From an uncultured Planctomycetaceae bacterium (lineage in GTDB: Bacteria; Planctomycetota; Planctomycetia; Pirellulales; UBA1268), in NCBI GenBank assembly GCA_903951635.1, contig CAJBCV010000339.1, forward strand, positions 1 through 52,570: DNA of 52,570 nt, in the 5' to 3' direction. Position 1 is the first letter of the stretch; every line of letters begins with the position of its first letter. Of the stretch, positions 9,998-19,850 are shown piece after piece. A model generated the notes under the pieces. It ran no database searches. It worked only from the letters and a program-made list of their open reading frames with translations, and had not been told where the DNA came from. Made by a program: the position numbers and the translations under genes.

Positions 9998-11530
9998 ATG
10001 GCCCAGGCCACCGCCCCCTGCTCCACCGAGATCCAGAGCATCGTCCGCCAGGTGATCGCCGAACTGCGCGCCGCCGCGCCGGCGGCCAATGCCGTTCCCG
10101 CCTCCGGCCCAGCCCCGCTGGCGCCGGCGACCGTTCCCTGGACGCCCCCGACCCCGGCGGCGCCGGTGGCAGCGGAGTCGTTCGTCGGTCGCCACGGCAT
10201 CTTCGGAAGTGTCGACGAGGCGGTGCGGGCGGCTCACGAGGCGTTCCTCCAGCTCGAGCGGCTCGGGGTTGAGGGGCGGCGAAAGGCGATCGCCCACATC
10301 CGCCGGATCTCGATCGAGGACGCCGTCGAGCTCGGCACGATGGAGTTCAACGAGACGAAGATCGGCCGCCTCCCCCACAAGATCGAGAAGCTGAAGATCC
10401 TCGGCGAGCGTTCGCCGGGGGTCGAGTTTCTGCGGAGCGAGGTGTTCAGCGGCGACCATGGCCTGGCCGTCATCGAGTACGCCCCGTTCGGCGTCATCGG
10501 GGCGATCACCCCGGTCACCCACTCCCTCCCCACGATCACCGGCAACGCCGTGAGCATGATCGCCGGCGGCAACACCGTCGTCGTCAATCCCCATCCGAGC
10601 GGCAAGAAGGTGGCCGCCGAGGGGGTGCGTCGCTTCAACCAAGCGATCCACCGCGATCTCGGCATCGACAACCTCATCGCTCTGATCGCCGAGCCGACGC
10701 TCGAGAGTGCCGCCGAGCTCTTCAAGCACCGCGGTGTGAAACTGATCTGTGTGACCGGCGGCCCCGCCGTCGCAAAAGCCGCTCTCGAATCGAGCAAGCG
10801 GGCGATCGTCGCCGGCCCCGGCAATCCGCCGGTCGTCGTCGACGAGACGGCCGATCTCGACCGGGCCGCTCGGTCGATCATCGCCGGCGCCGCCTACGAC
10901 AACAACCTCCTCTGCATCGCCGAGAAGCAGGTGTTCGTCGTGTCGAGCGTGTTCGATCGGATGATGGAGGCGATGGGGCGGGCCGGCGCCGCTCGGCTCA
11001 ATCCCACGCAGGTCGATGCCCTCACTGCCCGGGCCATCGTCTGGACCGGCGAAGGGGCCCACCGCCACCAGGTCGCCTGCAAGGATTTCATCGGCCAAGA
11101 CGCCTCCGTTCTCGCCCGTGCGGCCGGCACGGGGGTGGCCAGCGAAGTCGAGCTCCTCTACGGCGAGACGGCGGTCGACAACCCGTTCGTGCCGGTCGAG
11201 CAGATGATGCCGTTCGTCCCCTTCATCCGCTGTAAGGACGCCGACGAGGCGATCCACCGGGCCCACCAGAGCGAGCATGGCTTCCGCCACACGGCGATCA
11301 TCCACTCCCACGACGTCCGCAACATGACGAAGATGGGCCGCCTCCTCGACACGACGCTGTTTGTCAAAAACGGCCCCAGCACCGCCGGCCTCGGCCTCGG
11401 CGGCGAGGGCTACATCTCGTTCTCGATTGCCACGCCGACCGGCGAAGGGGTGACGACACCGCTCACCTTTACCCGCCAGCGCCGCTGCACGCTCGTCGAC
11501 GATCTGCGGATCCTCGGCGCCGCCGACTGA
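9998..11530 (+). CDS. CoA-acylating aldehyde dehydrogenase (EutE/PduP-like) with N-terminal encapsulation peptide
   Basis: [36 protein letters not shown], catalytic [24 protein letters not shown]; N-terminal [14 protein letters not shown] plus Pro/Ala linker. Confidence 0.93.
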   Translation: MAQATAPCSTEIQSIVRQVIAELRAAAPAANAVPASGPAPLAPATVPWTPPTPAAPVAAESFVGRHGIFGSVDEAVRAAHEAFLQLERLGVEGRRKAIAHIRRISIEDAVELGTMEFNETKIGRLPHKIEKLKILGERSPGVEFLRSEVFSGDHGLAVIEYAPFGVIGAITPVTHSLPTITGNAVSMIAGGNTVVVNPHPSGKKVAAEGVRRFNQAIHRDLGIDNLIALIAEPTLESAAELFKHRGVKLICVTGGPAVAKAALESSKRAIVAGPGNPPVVVDETADLDRAARSIIAGAAYDNNLLCIAEKQVFVVSSVFDRMMEAMGRAGAARLNPTQVDALTARAIVWTGEGAHRHQVACKDFIGQDASVLARAAGTGVASEVELLYGETAVDNPFVPVEQMMPFVPFIRCKDADEAIHRAHQSEHGFRHTAIIHSHDVRNMTKMGRLLDTTLFVKNGPSTAGLGLGGEGYISFSIATPTGEGVTTPLTFTRQRRCTLVDDLRILGAAD

Positions 11531-11532
11531 TC

Positions 11533-11563
11533 GCCTCACAGCCTCACAGCCTCACAGCCTCAC
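11533..11563 (+). repeat. Octamer tandem repeat (GCCTCACA) x ~3.9
   Basis: GCCTCACA GCCTCACA GCCTCACA GCCTCAC in the intergenic gap. Confidence 0.85.
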
Positions 11564-11581
11564 CACCACGACCACGCACCC

Positions 11582-11872
11582 ATGCAACTCGCCCAAGTCC
11601 TCGGTACGGTCACCGCCACCGTCAAGCACCGCTCGCTTGCCGGCTCGAAGCTGCTTGTCGTGCAGCCGCTCATGGCCGATCGGACGAAGGCCGACGGCGA
11701 TCCCCAACTCGCGATCGACACCGTGGCAGCGGGAGTCGGCGACCTTGTCATGATCACCAGCGACGGCCGCCTCCTCCGCGACATCCTCAAGAGCGACGCC
11801 ACGCCGGCCCGCTACAGCGTCGTCGCCCTCGTCGACGACGTCACCACCTTCTCGAGCCGCAAGCAGGCCTGA
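11582..11872 (+). CDS. BMC-P pentameric vertex protein (EutN/CcmL family)
   Basis: MQLAQVLGTVTATVKH, LAIDTVAAGVGDLV, SDGR, VVALVD. Confidence 0.9.
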   Translation: MQLAQVLGTVTATVKHRSLAGSKLLVVQPLMADRTKADGDPQLAIDTVAAGVGDLVMITSDGRLLRDILKSDATPARYSVVALVDDVTTFSSRKQA

Positions 11873-11876
11873 ACCG

Positions 11877-12695
11877 ATGAGCTCCCCAACCTTCACCCCC
11901 GACCAGATCGCGGGAATAGTCCGCGAAGTGCTGCGGCGCATCCGGGCCGATCTGCTGCCGCCGGCGGCTTCGCCGTCCGTGGCGCCGGTCGCCCAGGCTT
12001 CCAAGACCCCCGCCGCCGCCGCTGCGAACCCTGCGGGCACCCCCTTCCAACTCGCGGAAAAGCTCGTCACAGCGTCAAGCCTGGCCGCCATCCCGGCCGG
12101 CAGCCGGACGCTCCTGGTGCGGCACGACGCCCTTATCACCCCCTCCGGCCGCGACGCCGCCCGGGCCGCCGGATGCACGCTCGTGCGTGCCCCGAAGGGA
12201 GCCGCCGCGGCCTCGGGAGCCGCTGCCGCCGTCAGGCCGTTCTTCGTCGCCGCGGCCGAGTGCCCCGGAGACGTGGCGGGGCGGACTGCCGGCCTCGTTC
12301 GTGCCCTTCCCGGCGCGCAGCAACTCCCGGCTACGGGGCTCGCCGACGTGGTCTCGAGCCTCGCTCTCCATGTGTCGCGTGACGGTGGCCGGGGGATCCT
12401 TCTGGCCGGCCGCCCCCATGTCGCCACGGCCCTTGCCAACCGGTCGCCGGGGGTCCGGGCCGTGACGGCGCGCGACACCACGACCCTCTTGGCGGCCGCG
12501 CAGGAGTGCGCCGCGAATCTCCTCGTTCTCAGCCCGCGCGACTTCTCCCCATCGAGCCTCGAACGGATCGGCGTCACGCTCGCTGGGCGGGAGCCTGGCC
12601 CCCTTCCGGCTGAACTCTCCCCCCCTGCGGCGGCCGGATGCCCCTGCGGTGGCCCGAAGCCCGAAGCCTGCTCCTGCACGACCCACCAGCACTGA
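11877..12695 (+). CDS. BMC-associated protein: encapsulation peptide + ITP-motif domain + degenerate RpiB/LacAB-like domain
   Basis: PDQIAGIVREVLRRI; EKLVTASSL...ALITPSGRDAAR; GILLAG...ANRSPGVRA...AANLLVL; Cys/His tail. Confidence 0.7.
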   Translation: MSSPTFTPDQIAGIVREVLRRIRADLLPPAASPSVAPVAQASKTPAAAAANPAGTPFQLAEKLVTASSLAAIPAGSRTLLVRHDALITPSGRDAARAAGCTLVRAPKGAAAASGAAAAVRPFFVAAAECPGDVAGRTAGLVRALPGAQQLPATGLADVVSSLALHVSRDGGRGILLAGRPHVATALANRSPGVRAVTARDTTTLLAAAQECAANLLVLSPRDFSPSSLERIGVTLAGREPGPLPAELSPPAAAGCPCGGPKPEACSCTTHQH

Positions 12696-12716
12696 ACTCC
12701 ACGGAAGGACCTCCCC

Positions 12717-13019
12717 ATGCGACTCGGACGGACGATCGGCACGGTGACCCTCGTCGAACCGCACCCCACGGTACGCGGCGGGGTGTTCCGTGTCCTCGTG
12801 CCCCTCTCGGCGGCCGATCTCGCCGCCGGGGATTCCGGCCGACCGGCCGCCGAGCCCCTCGTCGCCTGGGACGACCTCGGCGCCGGTAACGACCAACTCG
12901 TCGCCTTCAGCGAGGGGGGCGAGGCGGCCCAGCCGTTCCGTCCCCACGACAAGCCGATCGACGCCTACGTGGCGGCGATTATCGACCGCCTCGACCTCCC
13001 CGGCTCCCGGACCACGTGA
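12717..13019 (+). CDS. BMC-P pentameric vertex protein (EutN/CcmL family)
   Basis: MRLGRTIGTVTL, WDDLGAG, SEGGEAAQPF, PIDAYVAAIID. Confidence 0.88.
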   Translation: MRLGRTIGTVTLVEPHPTVRGGVFRVLVPLSAADLAAGDSGRPAAEPLVAWDDLGAGNDQLVAFSEGGEAAQPFRPHDKPIDAYVAAIIDRLDLPGSRTT

Positions 13020-13202
13020 TCCCCCTGCCCCGGAAATCGTCGCGGCCCCGACAACCGGGGGCCTCGACCCCGGGCAAACGACACAGCCCGCACAACCCGA
13101 AAACAGCCCGCCAAGAAACAACTTTTCGCAACCGGCAGAGTCTCCTCGACCGGAAGCGTGGTGAATACTCCTAACGTTACCCCCCCACGGAGAACCCCTG
13201 AC

Positions 13203-14111
13203 ATGGCGACCACCCCGGCCGTGAAGACGACGACGAAGCCGCTTTCGAAGCTCAAGGAAGAGATCTGCGACATCGGCCGCCGGATCTACAACAAAGGCTT
13301 CGCCGCCGGCAATGACGGCAACATCTCGTTCCGCCTCGGCCCCAACGAGGTCCTCTGCACCCCGACGATGATCTCGAAGGGCTTCATGAAGCCCTCCGAC
13401 CTGTGCATCGTCGACATGGAAGGCAACCAGATCGCGGGCGAGCGGAAGCGCTCGAGTGAGATTCTCCTTCATCTCACGATCATGAAGGAGCGGCCCGACG
13501 TGAACAGCGTCGTCCACTGCCACCCGCCCCACGCCACCGCCTTCGCCGTGGCCCGTGAGCCGATCCCGCAGTGCGTTCTTCCCGAGGTCGAGGTGTTCCT
13601 CGGCGACATCCCGATCACGAAGTACGAGACCCCGGGCGGCCAGAAGTTCGCCGACACCGTCAAGCCGTATGTGAAGACGGCCAACGTCCTCATCCTTGCC
13701 AACCACGGCACGGTGAGCTTCGGCGAGACCGTCGAAAAGGCCTACTGGTGGACCGAGATCCTCGACGCCTACTGCCGGATCCTCATGCTCTCCCGCGACC
13801 TCGGCCGCGTCACGTATCTCACGAAGCAAGAGACGAAGGAACTCCTCGATCTCAAGGCGAAGTGGGGCTATAGCGACCCGCGTCTCGACAAGGGGATGGA
13901 GAACTGCGACATCTGCGCCAACGACGTCTTCCGCTCGAGCTGGGGCAACACCGGCGTGACCCGCAAGGCGTTCGACGCTCCCCCGCCGATGGGCGCCGAT
14001 CCGCAGCCGGCCGCGGCGGCTCCGGCCGTCCCCCCGGCGATCGATTACGACGTCCTCGTCAAGGCGGTCACCGAGCAGGTCTGTCGTGAACTGGGGATCG
14101 GAGCCGCCTGA
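13203..14111 (+). CDS. Class II aldolase (fuculose/rhamnulose-1-phosphate aldolase-like) with C-terminal encapsulation peptide
   Basis: GNDGNISFR, TPTMISKG, SSEILLH, HCHPPH, LANHG; C-terminal DYDVLVKAVTEQVCRELG. Confidence 0.92.
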   Translation: MATTPAVKTTTKPLSKLKEEICDIGRRIYNKGFAAGNDGNISFRLGPNEVLCTPTMISKGFMKPSDLCIVDMEGNQIAGERKRSSEILLHLTIMKERPDVNSVVHCHPPHATAFAVAREPIPQCVLPEVEVFLGDIPITKYETPGGQKFADTVKPYVKTANVLILANHGTVSFGETVEKAYWWTEILDAYCRILMLSRDLGRVTYLTKQETKELLDLKAKWGYSDPRLDKGMENCDICANDVFRSSWGNTGVTRKAFDAPPPMGADPQPAAAAPAVPPAIDYDVLVKAVTEQVCRELGIGAA

Positions 14112-14230
14112 ACGCCGAACGTCCAGGTCTCCCGGGCTGACGATTTGCGGGGCGAAGGGAGCGGGTCTCCCCGACCGGACTCGGAGAAGGTTCGTGGGGT
14201 TTGGCGGACGGTACGCGAAGGAGACAAGCC

Positions 14231-15184
14231 ATGAAAGTCGGGATCATCGGTGGTGGTGGGATCGTCGGCTCGTCGGCGGGGTTCGCGCTCCAGCTCGGCG
14301 GCATCGTTCACGAGATCGTGCTCGTCGATGCCAATGCCGATCTGTCCGACGGCCAGGCCCTCGACATGCTCCACGGCACCGCGGCGATCGCCGATCAGGT
14401 CATCCGGGCCGGCGGCTACGCCGACCTGGCCGATGCGGATGTGATCTGCATCACGGCAGGACTTCGCCGCAAGCCCGACGAGAGCCGACTGGCGCTCATC
14501 AATCGCAACGTCGAGCTGTTCCGCTCGATCCTCGCCACGATCAAGCAGGCGGGGCACAAGCCCGACTGCATCGTGCTGGTCGTCTCCAATCCGGTCGACA
14601 TTCTCACGTATCTGGCCGAGAAGGAGCTGAAGCTCCCCAAGGGCCGGGTCATCGGCCTCGGCACGCTCCTCGACACGCTCCGCTTCCGCAGCTTGCTCGC
14701 GATGAACCTCGGCGCCCCCGCGACGCAGGTACAGGCGATGATTCTCGGCGAGCATGGCGACAGCATGGTGCCGGTGTGGAGCAGCGCCTCGATCGCCGGA
14801 TTGCCGCTGGAGAAGTGGCCCGGCTACACGCCGAAGCTCGGGGCCGACGTCTTCCAGCGGGCGAAGACGAGCGGTGCCGAGATGATCAAGAAGAAGACCG
14901 GGGCGGGATTCGCCGTCGGCGTCTCGATCGCCGAAGTGATCCACGCAATCGCGCTCGACAGCAAGAAGGTGCTGCCGGTGTCGACGGTGTTCTCCGGGAG
15001 CGGCCCGGGCTCCGCCTACGGCCTCCGCGACGTGGCGATTTCGGTGCCGACGCAGGTCGGCCGGGCCGGGGCGGAAAAGATCCTCGAAATCGAGATCTGG
15101 CCGAAGGAACTCCAAGCGCTCCAGCGTTCAGCCGGCGTCCTCCGCGACACCCTCGCGTCGGTGTTCGGCGGCAAGACCGCCTGA
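14231..15184 (+). CDS. Lactate/malate dehydrogenase family protein
   Basis: VGIIGGGGIVG, ITAGLRRKPDESRLAL, VSNPVD, GTLLDTLR, LGEHGDS. Confidence 0.92.
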   Translation: MKVGIIGGGGIVGSSAGFALQLGGIVHEIVLVDANADLSDGQALDMLHGTAAIADQVIRAGGYADLADADVICITAGLRRKPDESRLALINRNVELFRSILATIKQAGHKPDCIVLVVSNPVDILTYLAEKELKLPKGRVIGLGTLLDTLRFRSLLAMNLGAPATQVQAMILGEHGDSMVPVWSSASIAGLPLEKWPGYTPKLGADVFQRAKTSGAEMIKKKTGAGFAVGVSIAEVIHAIALDSKKVLPVSTVFSGSGPGSAYGLRDVAISVPTQVGRAGAEKILEIEIWPKELQALQRSAGVLRDTLASVFGGKTA

Positions 15185-15295
15185 CGGCTCGGGCTGGACC
15201 GGCGGTCGACAAGCCCCGGTGCCCCGCCGCGGACTAGACTGTCCGCCGGTGCCATGGGCGTTCCGTGGACCAAGGGTCCCCGGAGAGTCGCCGTC

Positions 15296-18200
15296 ATGGC
15301 CCGTTTTCCCAGCGCGCTTCTCTCGACACTCGTCGCGGCGGTCTCCCTCCTCATCCCGCCGCCGACCTCGGCCGATGAGCCGGGGCCCGACACAGCGGCC
15401 AAGCCGATCGCCGGGTGGCAGCACGCCGGCCACGTCTGGCTCCTGACCGATTCCGAGGGGGCCGATCTTCCGGCCGACGCGCTCCTCCACGACGTGCCGG
15501 TCGTCGTCCGCCTCGACGACGAGTTTTTCGATTTCGCCGCAGCTCAGCCGCACGGAGAGGATCTCCGTCTCACGTCCGACGCTGGCACACTGCTCCCCCA
15601 CGAGATCGAGACCTGGGATCGGGAGTCGGGAAAGGCGGTCGTGTGGGTGCGCGTGCCCGAGATCCGCGGCCAGGCCCGGCAGCGGCTCACGCTCCACTGG
15701 GGGAATCCTGACGCCCCGAGCGTCTCCGACGGCACCGCCGTCTTCAACGCCGCCAATGGCCACGTCGCCGTCTTCCACATGGGGGATCCGGTTGGTGATG
15801 CGACCGGGGCGCTGGAGTCACGCGATACCGGCACGGAGGCCGTCGTGGGGATCGTCGGCCCGGCCCGGCACTTCCCCGGCGGCCATGGGGTGTTCTGCGG
15901 TGACATGATTCCCACGCTGCCGTCGGGATCCTCCGATCACACCACGCAGGCTTGGCTCCGCTCGGAGGTCTCCAATGGACGGGCCTTCGGCTGGGGGAAC
16001 GAGGCAGCGCAGGGGAAGGTGATCATGAACTTCCGCAGCCCGCCCCACGCCCGGATGGAGTGCTACTTTTCCGGGGCCGACGTCGCCGGCCAGACTCGCC
16101 TGGCCAAGGCGACCTGGGTGCATGTCGTTCACACCTACACCAAGGGCGAATCGCTCCTCTACGTCAACGGCGTCCTCGACGGCTCGACGCGGACCGACTC
16201 GGCCCCGTTGAAGATCGCAAGCCCGGCGCGGATGTGGATCGGTGGCTGGTACGACCAGTACGACTTTGCCGGTGATATCGACGAGGTCCGCGTCTCAAAC
16301 GTCGTTCGCCCAGTCGCTTGGGCGAAGCTCGACTATGAAAACCAAAAACCGCTCCAGTCGCTCGTCGGCCATCCCGTTCAACCGGGGGCCGACTTCGACG
16401 TCTCCCGATCGTCGCTCGAGCTCCGCGAAGGAGAGCGGGCCACCGTCACCGCCCGGGCAGGCGGAGCGATCAAGGTTTTCTGGGGGCTCGTGCGCGACGG
16501 AGAGGAGACGGTGGTGGCCACCGACACGCTCCACCATGAGCTCGACGCCGATCGGGTGACGGGGGACACGAGGATCACGCTCAGGTTCCGTGCCGTGTAT
16601 CCGGATGGCACGAAGACGATCGATATTCCGATCACCATCCGTGAGGCGATCCCCGATCCCGTCTTCACGCTCGAGGCCCCTGCCACGTGGGATGGCCGGG
16701 AGCCGATCCGTGTCGTTCCCCGGATCGCCAATCGCGCCGCACTCGAGGCCACAGGGGTCGCCGCACTCAACGTCCACTGGCAGTCGGAAGGGCCCGCGCT
16801 GGTCGAGCAAGAGAGTCCGGATGGCCTCCTCCTCGAGCGGAGCCAGAACAGCGGACGGCTCATTGTCGCGGCGCGGATTGACAACGGCGGCACGCCCGTC
16901 GTGGCAACGACGGAGATCCTCGTCACCGAGCCGGCTACTGAACCCTGGATCGAGGCCCCCGTGGACGCCGACGCCGACGAGCTGCCGGTCGATCGGCAGT
17001 TCTTTGCCCGCAATGACAAGAATGTCGGCACGCTCCACCTTCGCGGCCGGCTCGACACCCCGGCCGACAGCGTATTCCTCGAGCTTTTCGCCGACGACGC
17101 GCTCGTCGATTCCCGTTCGCTCGAGCCCGACCAAGCCGGCCGCTATGCCTTCGCGATCCCACTGACGCCGGGGCTCGTCCGCTACCGGGTCGAGTGTGGC
17201 GCGGTGCGCGACGGGAAAAAGACGATCCTCCATACCGCCGACGATCTCCTCTGCGGTGACGCCTACCTGATCGACGGCCAGTCCAACGCCGTGGCCAGCG
17301 ACTGGGGCGCCGACCAGGTCGACGACAGCCCGGATCCCTCGATCCGCAGTTGGATCCGGAGCTTTGGCGCGATGGAGGGGAGCCTCGAACCGGAGTGGGG
17401 CGACGCGGTAAGGAGAGAGGGGGGCAAGCACCAGATCGGATATTGGGGGATCGATCTCGCCCGGCATCTCGTTGACACCCACAAGATCCCGATCTGCATC
17501 CTCAACGGCGCCGTCGGCGGCACGCGGATCGATCAGCACCTCCCCGATCCTGCCGATCGCACCAACCCGGCGACGATCTACGGCCGGCTCCTCGCCCGGG
17601 TGCGGGCCGCCCGGCTCACCCACGGCCTCCGGGCCGTCCTCTGGCACCAAGGGGAGGCCGATCAGGGGGCCGACGGCCCCGATGGCGGCTACGGGAGCGA
17701 GACCTACCGGCAACACTTTCACGCGCTTGCCGCGCACTGGCAACGCGACATGCCGAACCTCGGCCACACCTTCCTCTTCCAGATCTGGCCCAATGCCTGC
17801 AGTCAGGGGGGCACGCCTGCCAGCGACCGGCTCCGCGACATCCAGCGCACCCTTCCCCGCGACTTCGCGCGGATGTCGGTGATGTCGACGCTCGGCATCC
17901 GCCCCGAGGGGGGATGCCACTATCCGGCGGCCGGATATGCCGAGATGGCTCGACTGATGGCGGCGCTCGTCGACCAGCGCTGTTACGGCACGGTGTTCGC
18001 CGAGCCAGTGACGGCGCCCGATCTGATCTCGGCCCGGTATGCCGACGACACGCGAGCGGAGATCCTCCTCGAGTTCGGCCAGCCGATCGATTGGAGCGAT
18101 GCGACCGCGTCGGAGTTCCGCCTCGATGGCGAGCCGGGCGGAATCCGCTCCGGCGAGGCTACCGGCTCGACGCTCAGGCTCTCCGTGGCCCCGGGCTGCG

Positions 18201-18337
18201 GCGCCGCAACGATCACCTATCTTGTCGACCGGCAGTGGCATCCCGACCGCGTCCTCCGTGGCACCAACGGGATCGCTGCCCTCACCTTCCACGCGGTCTC
18301 CATCGAGCCCCCTCCCGCCCAGGCCCCATCCCCATGA
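15296..18337 (+). CDS. Exported DUF2341 + LamG (concanavalin-like) + SASA/SGNH acetylesterase multidomain protein
   Basis: Signal peptide; DLRLT..LPHEIETWD..AVVWVRVP (DUF2341-like); WVHVVHTY..LYVNG..FAGDIDEVRVS (LamG); GQSNA, NGAVGGTRI, WHQGEAD (SASA). Confidence 0.8.
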   Translation: MARFPSALLSTLVAAVSLLIPPPTSADEPGPDTAAKPIAGWQHAGHVWLLTDSEGADLPADALLHDVPVVVRLDDEFFDFAAAQPHGEDLRLTSDAGTLLPHEIETWDRESGKAVVWVRVPEIRGQARQRLTLHWGNPDAPSVSDGTAVFNAANGHVAVFHMGDPVGDATGALESRDTGTEAVVGIVGPARHFPGGHGVFCGDMIPTLPSGSSDHTTQAWLRSEVSNGRAFGWGNEAAQGKVIMNFRSPPHARMECYFSGADVAGQTRLAKATWVHVVHTYTKGESLLYVNGVLDGSTRTDSAPLKIASPARMWIGGWYDQYDFAGDIDEVRVSNVVRPVAWAKLDYENQKPLQSLVGHPVQPGADFDVSRSSLELREGERATVTARAGGAIKVFWGLVRDGEETVVATDTLHHELDADRVTGDTRITLRFRAVYPDGTKTIDIPITIREAIPDPVFTLEAPATWDGREPIRVVPRIANRAALEATGVAALNVHWQSEGPALVEQESPDGLLLERSQNSGRLIVAARIDNGGTPVVATTEILVTEPATEPWIEAPVDADADELPVDRQFFARNDKNVGTLHLRGRLDTPADSVFLELFADDALVDSRSLEPDQAGRYAFAIPLTPGLVRYRVECGAVRDGKKTILHTADDLLCGDAYLIDGQSNAVASDWGADQVDDSPDPSIRSWIRSFGAMEGSLEPEWGDAVRREGGKHQIGYWGIDLARHLVDTHKIPICILNGAVGGTRIDQHLPDPADRTNPATIYGRLLARVRAARLTHGLRAVLWHQGEADQGADGPDGGYGSETYRQHFHALAAHWQRDMPNLGHTFLFQIWPNACSQGGTPASDRLRDIQRTLPRDFARMSVMSTLGIRPEGGCHYPAAGYAEMARLMAALVDQRCYGTVFAEPVTAPDLISARYADDTRAEILLEFGQPIDWSDATASEFRLDGEPGGIRSGEATGSTLRLSVAPGCGAATITYLVDRQWHPDRVLRGTNGIAALTFHAVSIEPPPAQAPSP

Positions 18338-19833
18338 ACCGTCTCCTTCCGGCCGTTCTGCTCCTTCTGGTCAACGCGATCGTGTTCGAGCCAGCGACGC
18401 TCTCGGCCGCCGATTCCGTTCTCCCCAACGTCGTCATCCTCTACGCCGATGACATGGGCTACGGCGATCTCGGGGCCAACAACCCCGATTCCAAAATCCC
18501 CACGCCGCAGCTCGATCGACTGGCGAGCGAGGGCACCCGGTTCACCGACGCCCACAGTTCGTCAGGCGTTTGTACGCCGAGCCGCTACGCCCTCCTCCAT
18601 GGCCGCTACCACTGGCGGAAGTTTCACGGCATCGTGCAGTCGTTCGATCAGCCGATCCTCGACGCCGAGCGGACGACGCTCGCCGAATTGCTCCGCGGCA
18701 GGGGCTACGCCACCGCAGCCTTTGGGAAGTGGCACCTCGGCTGGGACTGGGAGGCGATCCGCCGCGCCGGCGCCACGCCCCGCGTCGAGGGCAGAAACAA
18801 GATCTTCGCCTCGGCTGATTTCGACTGGCGGCGGAGAATCCCGGGGGGACCACTCGCCCACGGGTTCGATCGTTACCTCGGTGACGATGTTCCCAACTTT
18901 CCCCCCTATGCCTGGTTCGAGGACGATCGGATCCCCGTCCCGCCGACTCTTCAACTCGTCACGACCGGGGAGCCCCCCGAAGGGAACTGGGAATGCCGTC
19001 CGGGCCCGATGGTTCACGGCTGGGACTTCCACGCTGTCATGCCGACGCTCACCGATCGGGCCGTGGCGTGGATCGAGCAGCAGCGATCCGACCGCCCGTT
19101 CTTTCTCTACTTCCCCTTCACCTCCCCCCACGCGCCGATCCTCCCCACCGATGCCTTTGCCGGGCGTTCCGCCGCCGGCCCGTACGGCGACTTCATGGCC
19201 CAGACCGACGACACGGTCGGCCGCGTGCTCGACGCGCTCGAGCGTGGGGGCTTCGCCGATGACACGCTGGTGATTTTCACTTCCGACAATGGCCCGGAAC
19301 GCTACGCCTACGAGCGCACCCGGGCCTTCGGCCATCGCAGCATGGGCCCCCTTCGAGGGCTGAAGCGCGATCTCTGGGAGGGGGGCCATCGGGTGCCGAT
19401 GATCGTCCGCTGGCCCGGGCGCGTGGCCGCGGGAACAGTGGCCGACGGCCTCCTCAGTCAGGTCGATCTCTATGCCACGATCGCCGCAGCCGTCGGGGCC
19501 GAGATCCCGGTGGGCTCGGCCGAGGACAGCCTCGATCAGCTCGCCTGGTTCGAGGGGAAAGCACCGTCAGCCCGCCGCGAGATCGTCCACAACACCCACG
19601 CCGACGGCTACGCCCTCCGTCAGGACGACTGGATTCTCATCGACGCACCGTCGGGGGGCATCTCGGAGATTCCCGCCTGGTACCGCGATGCCGAAGGGAT
19701 CCCCACCCCGGACCACCCCGGCGAACTCTACGACCTCCGCACCGATCCCGGCGAGCGTGACAACCGCATCGCCAGCGAAACGGCGCGGGCCGCGGCGATG
19801 AAGCAGCGCCTCGACGGCCTCCTCGGGCGCTGA
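18334..19833 (+). CDS. Arylsulfatase (Cys-type, formylglycine-dependent S1 family)
   Basis: PNVVILYADDMGYGD, CTPSRYALLHG, GKWHLG, FTSDNG, WEGGHRVP, LYDLRTDPGE; ATGA overlap with the upstream gene; signal peptide. Confidence 0.95.
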   Translation: MNRLLPAVLLLLVNAIVFEPATLSAADSVLPNVVILYADDMGYGDLGANNPDSKIPTPQLDRLASEGTRFTDAHSSSGVCTPSRYALLHGRYHWRKFHGIVQSFDQPILDAERTTLAELLRGRGYATAAFGKWHLGWDWEAIRRAGATPRVEGRNKIFASADFDWRRRIPGGPLAHGFDRYLGDDVPNFPPYAWFEDDRIPVPPTLQLVTTGEPPEGNWECRPGPMVHGWDFHAVMPTLTDRAVAWIEQQRSDRPFFLYFPFTSPHAPILPTDAFAGRSAAGPYGDFMAQTDDTVGRVLDALERGGFADDTLVIFTSDNGPERYAYERTRAFGHRSMGPLRGLKRDLWEGGHRVPMIVRWPGRVAAGTVADGLLSQVDLYATIAAAVGAEIPVGSAEDSLDQLAWFEGKAPSARREIVHNTHADGYALRQDDWILIDAPSGGISEIPAWYRDAEGIPTPDHPGELYDLRTDPGERDNRIASETARAAAMKQRLDGLLGR

Positions 19834-19850
19834 TCTCGCTCCCGGCAGGC

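Noticed and set aside
13020-13202. Internal promoter or ncRNA before the aldolase
   Set aside because: The 180-bp gap has only weak promoter-like hexamers and short ACAGCCCG repeats; insufficient support.
5779-15184. Carboxysome or Pdu/Eut microcompartment
   Set aside because: No RuBisCO, diol dehydratase, ethanolamine ammonia-lyase or glycyl-radical enzyme; the signature enzyme is a class II aldolase.
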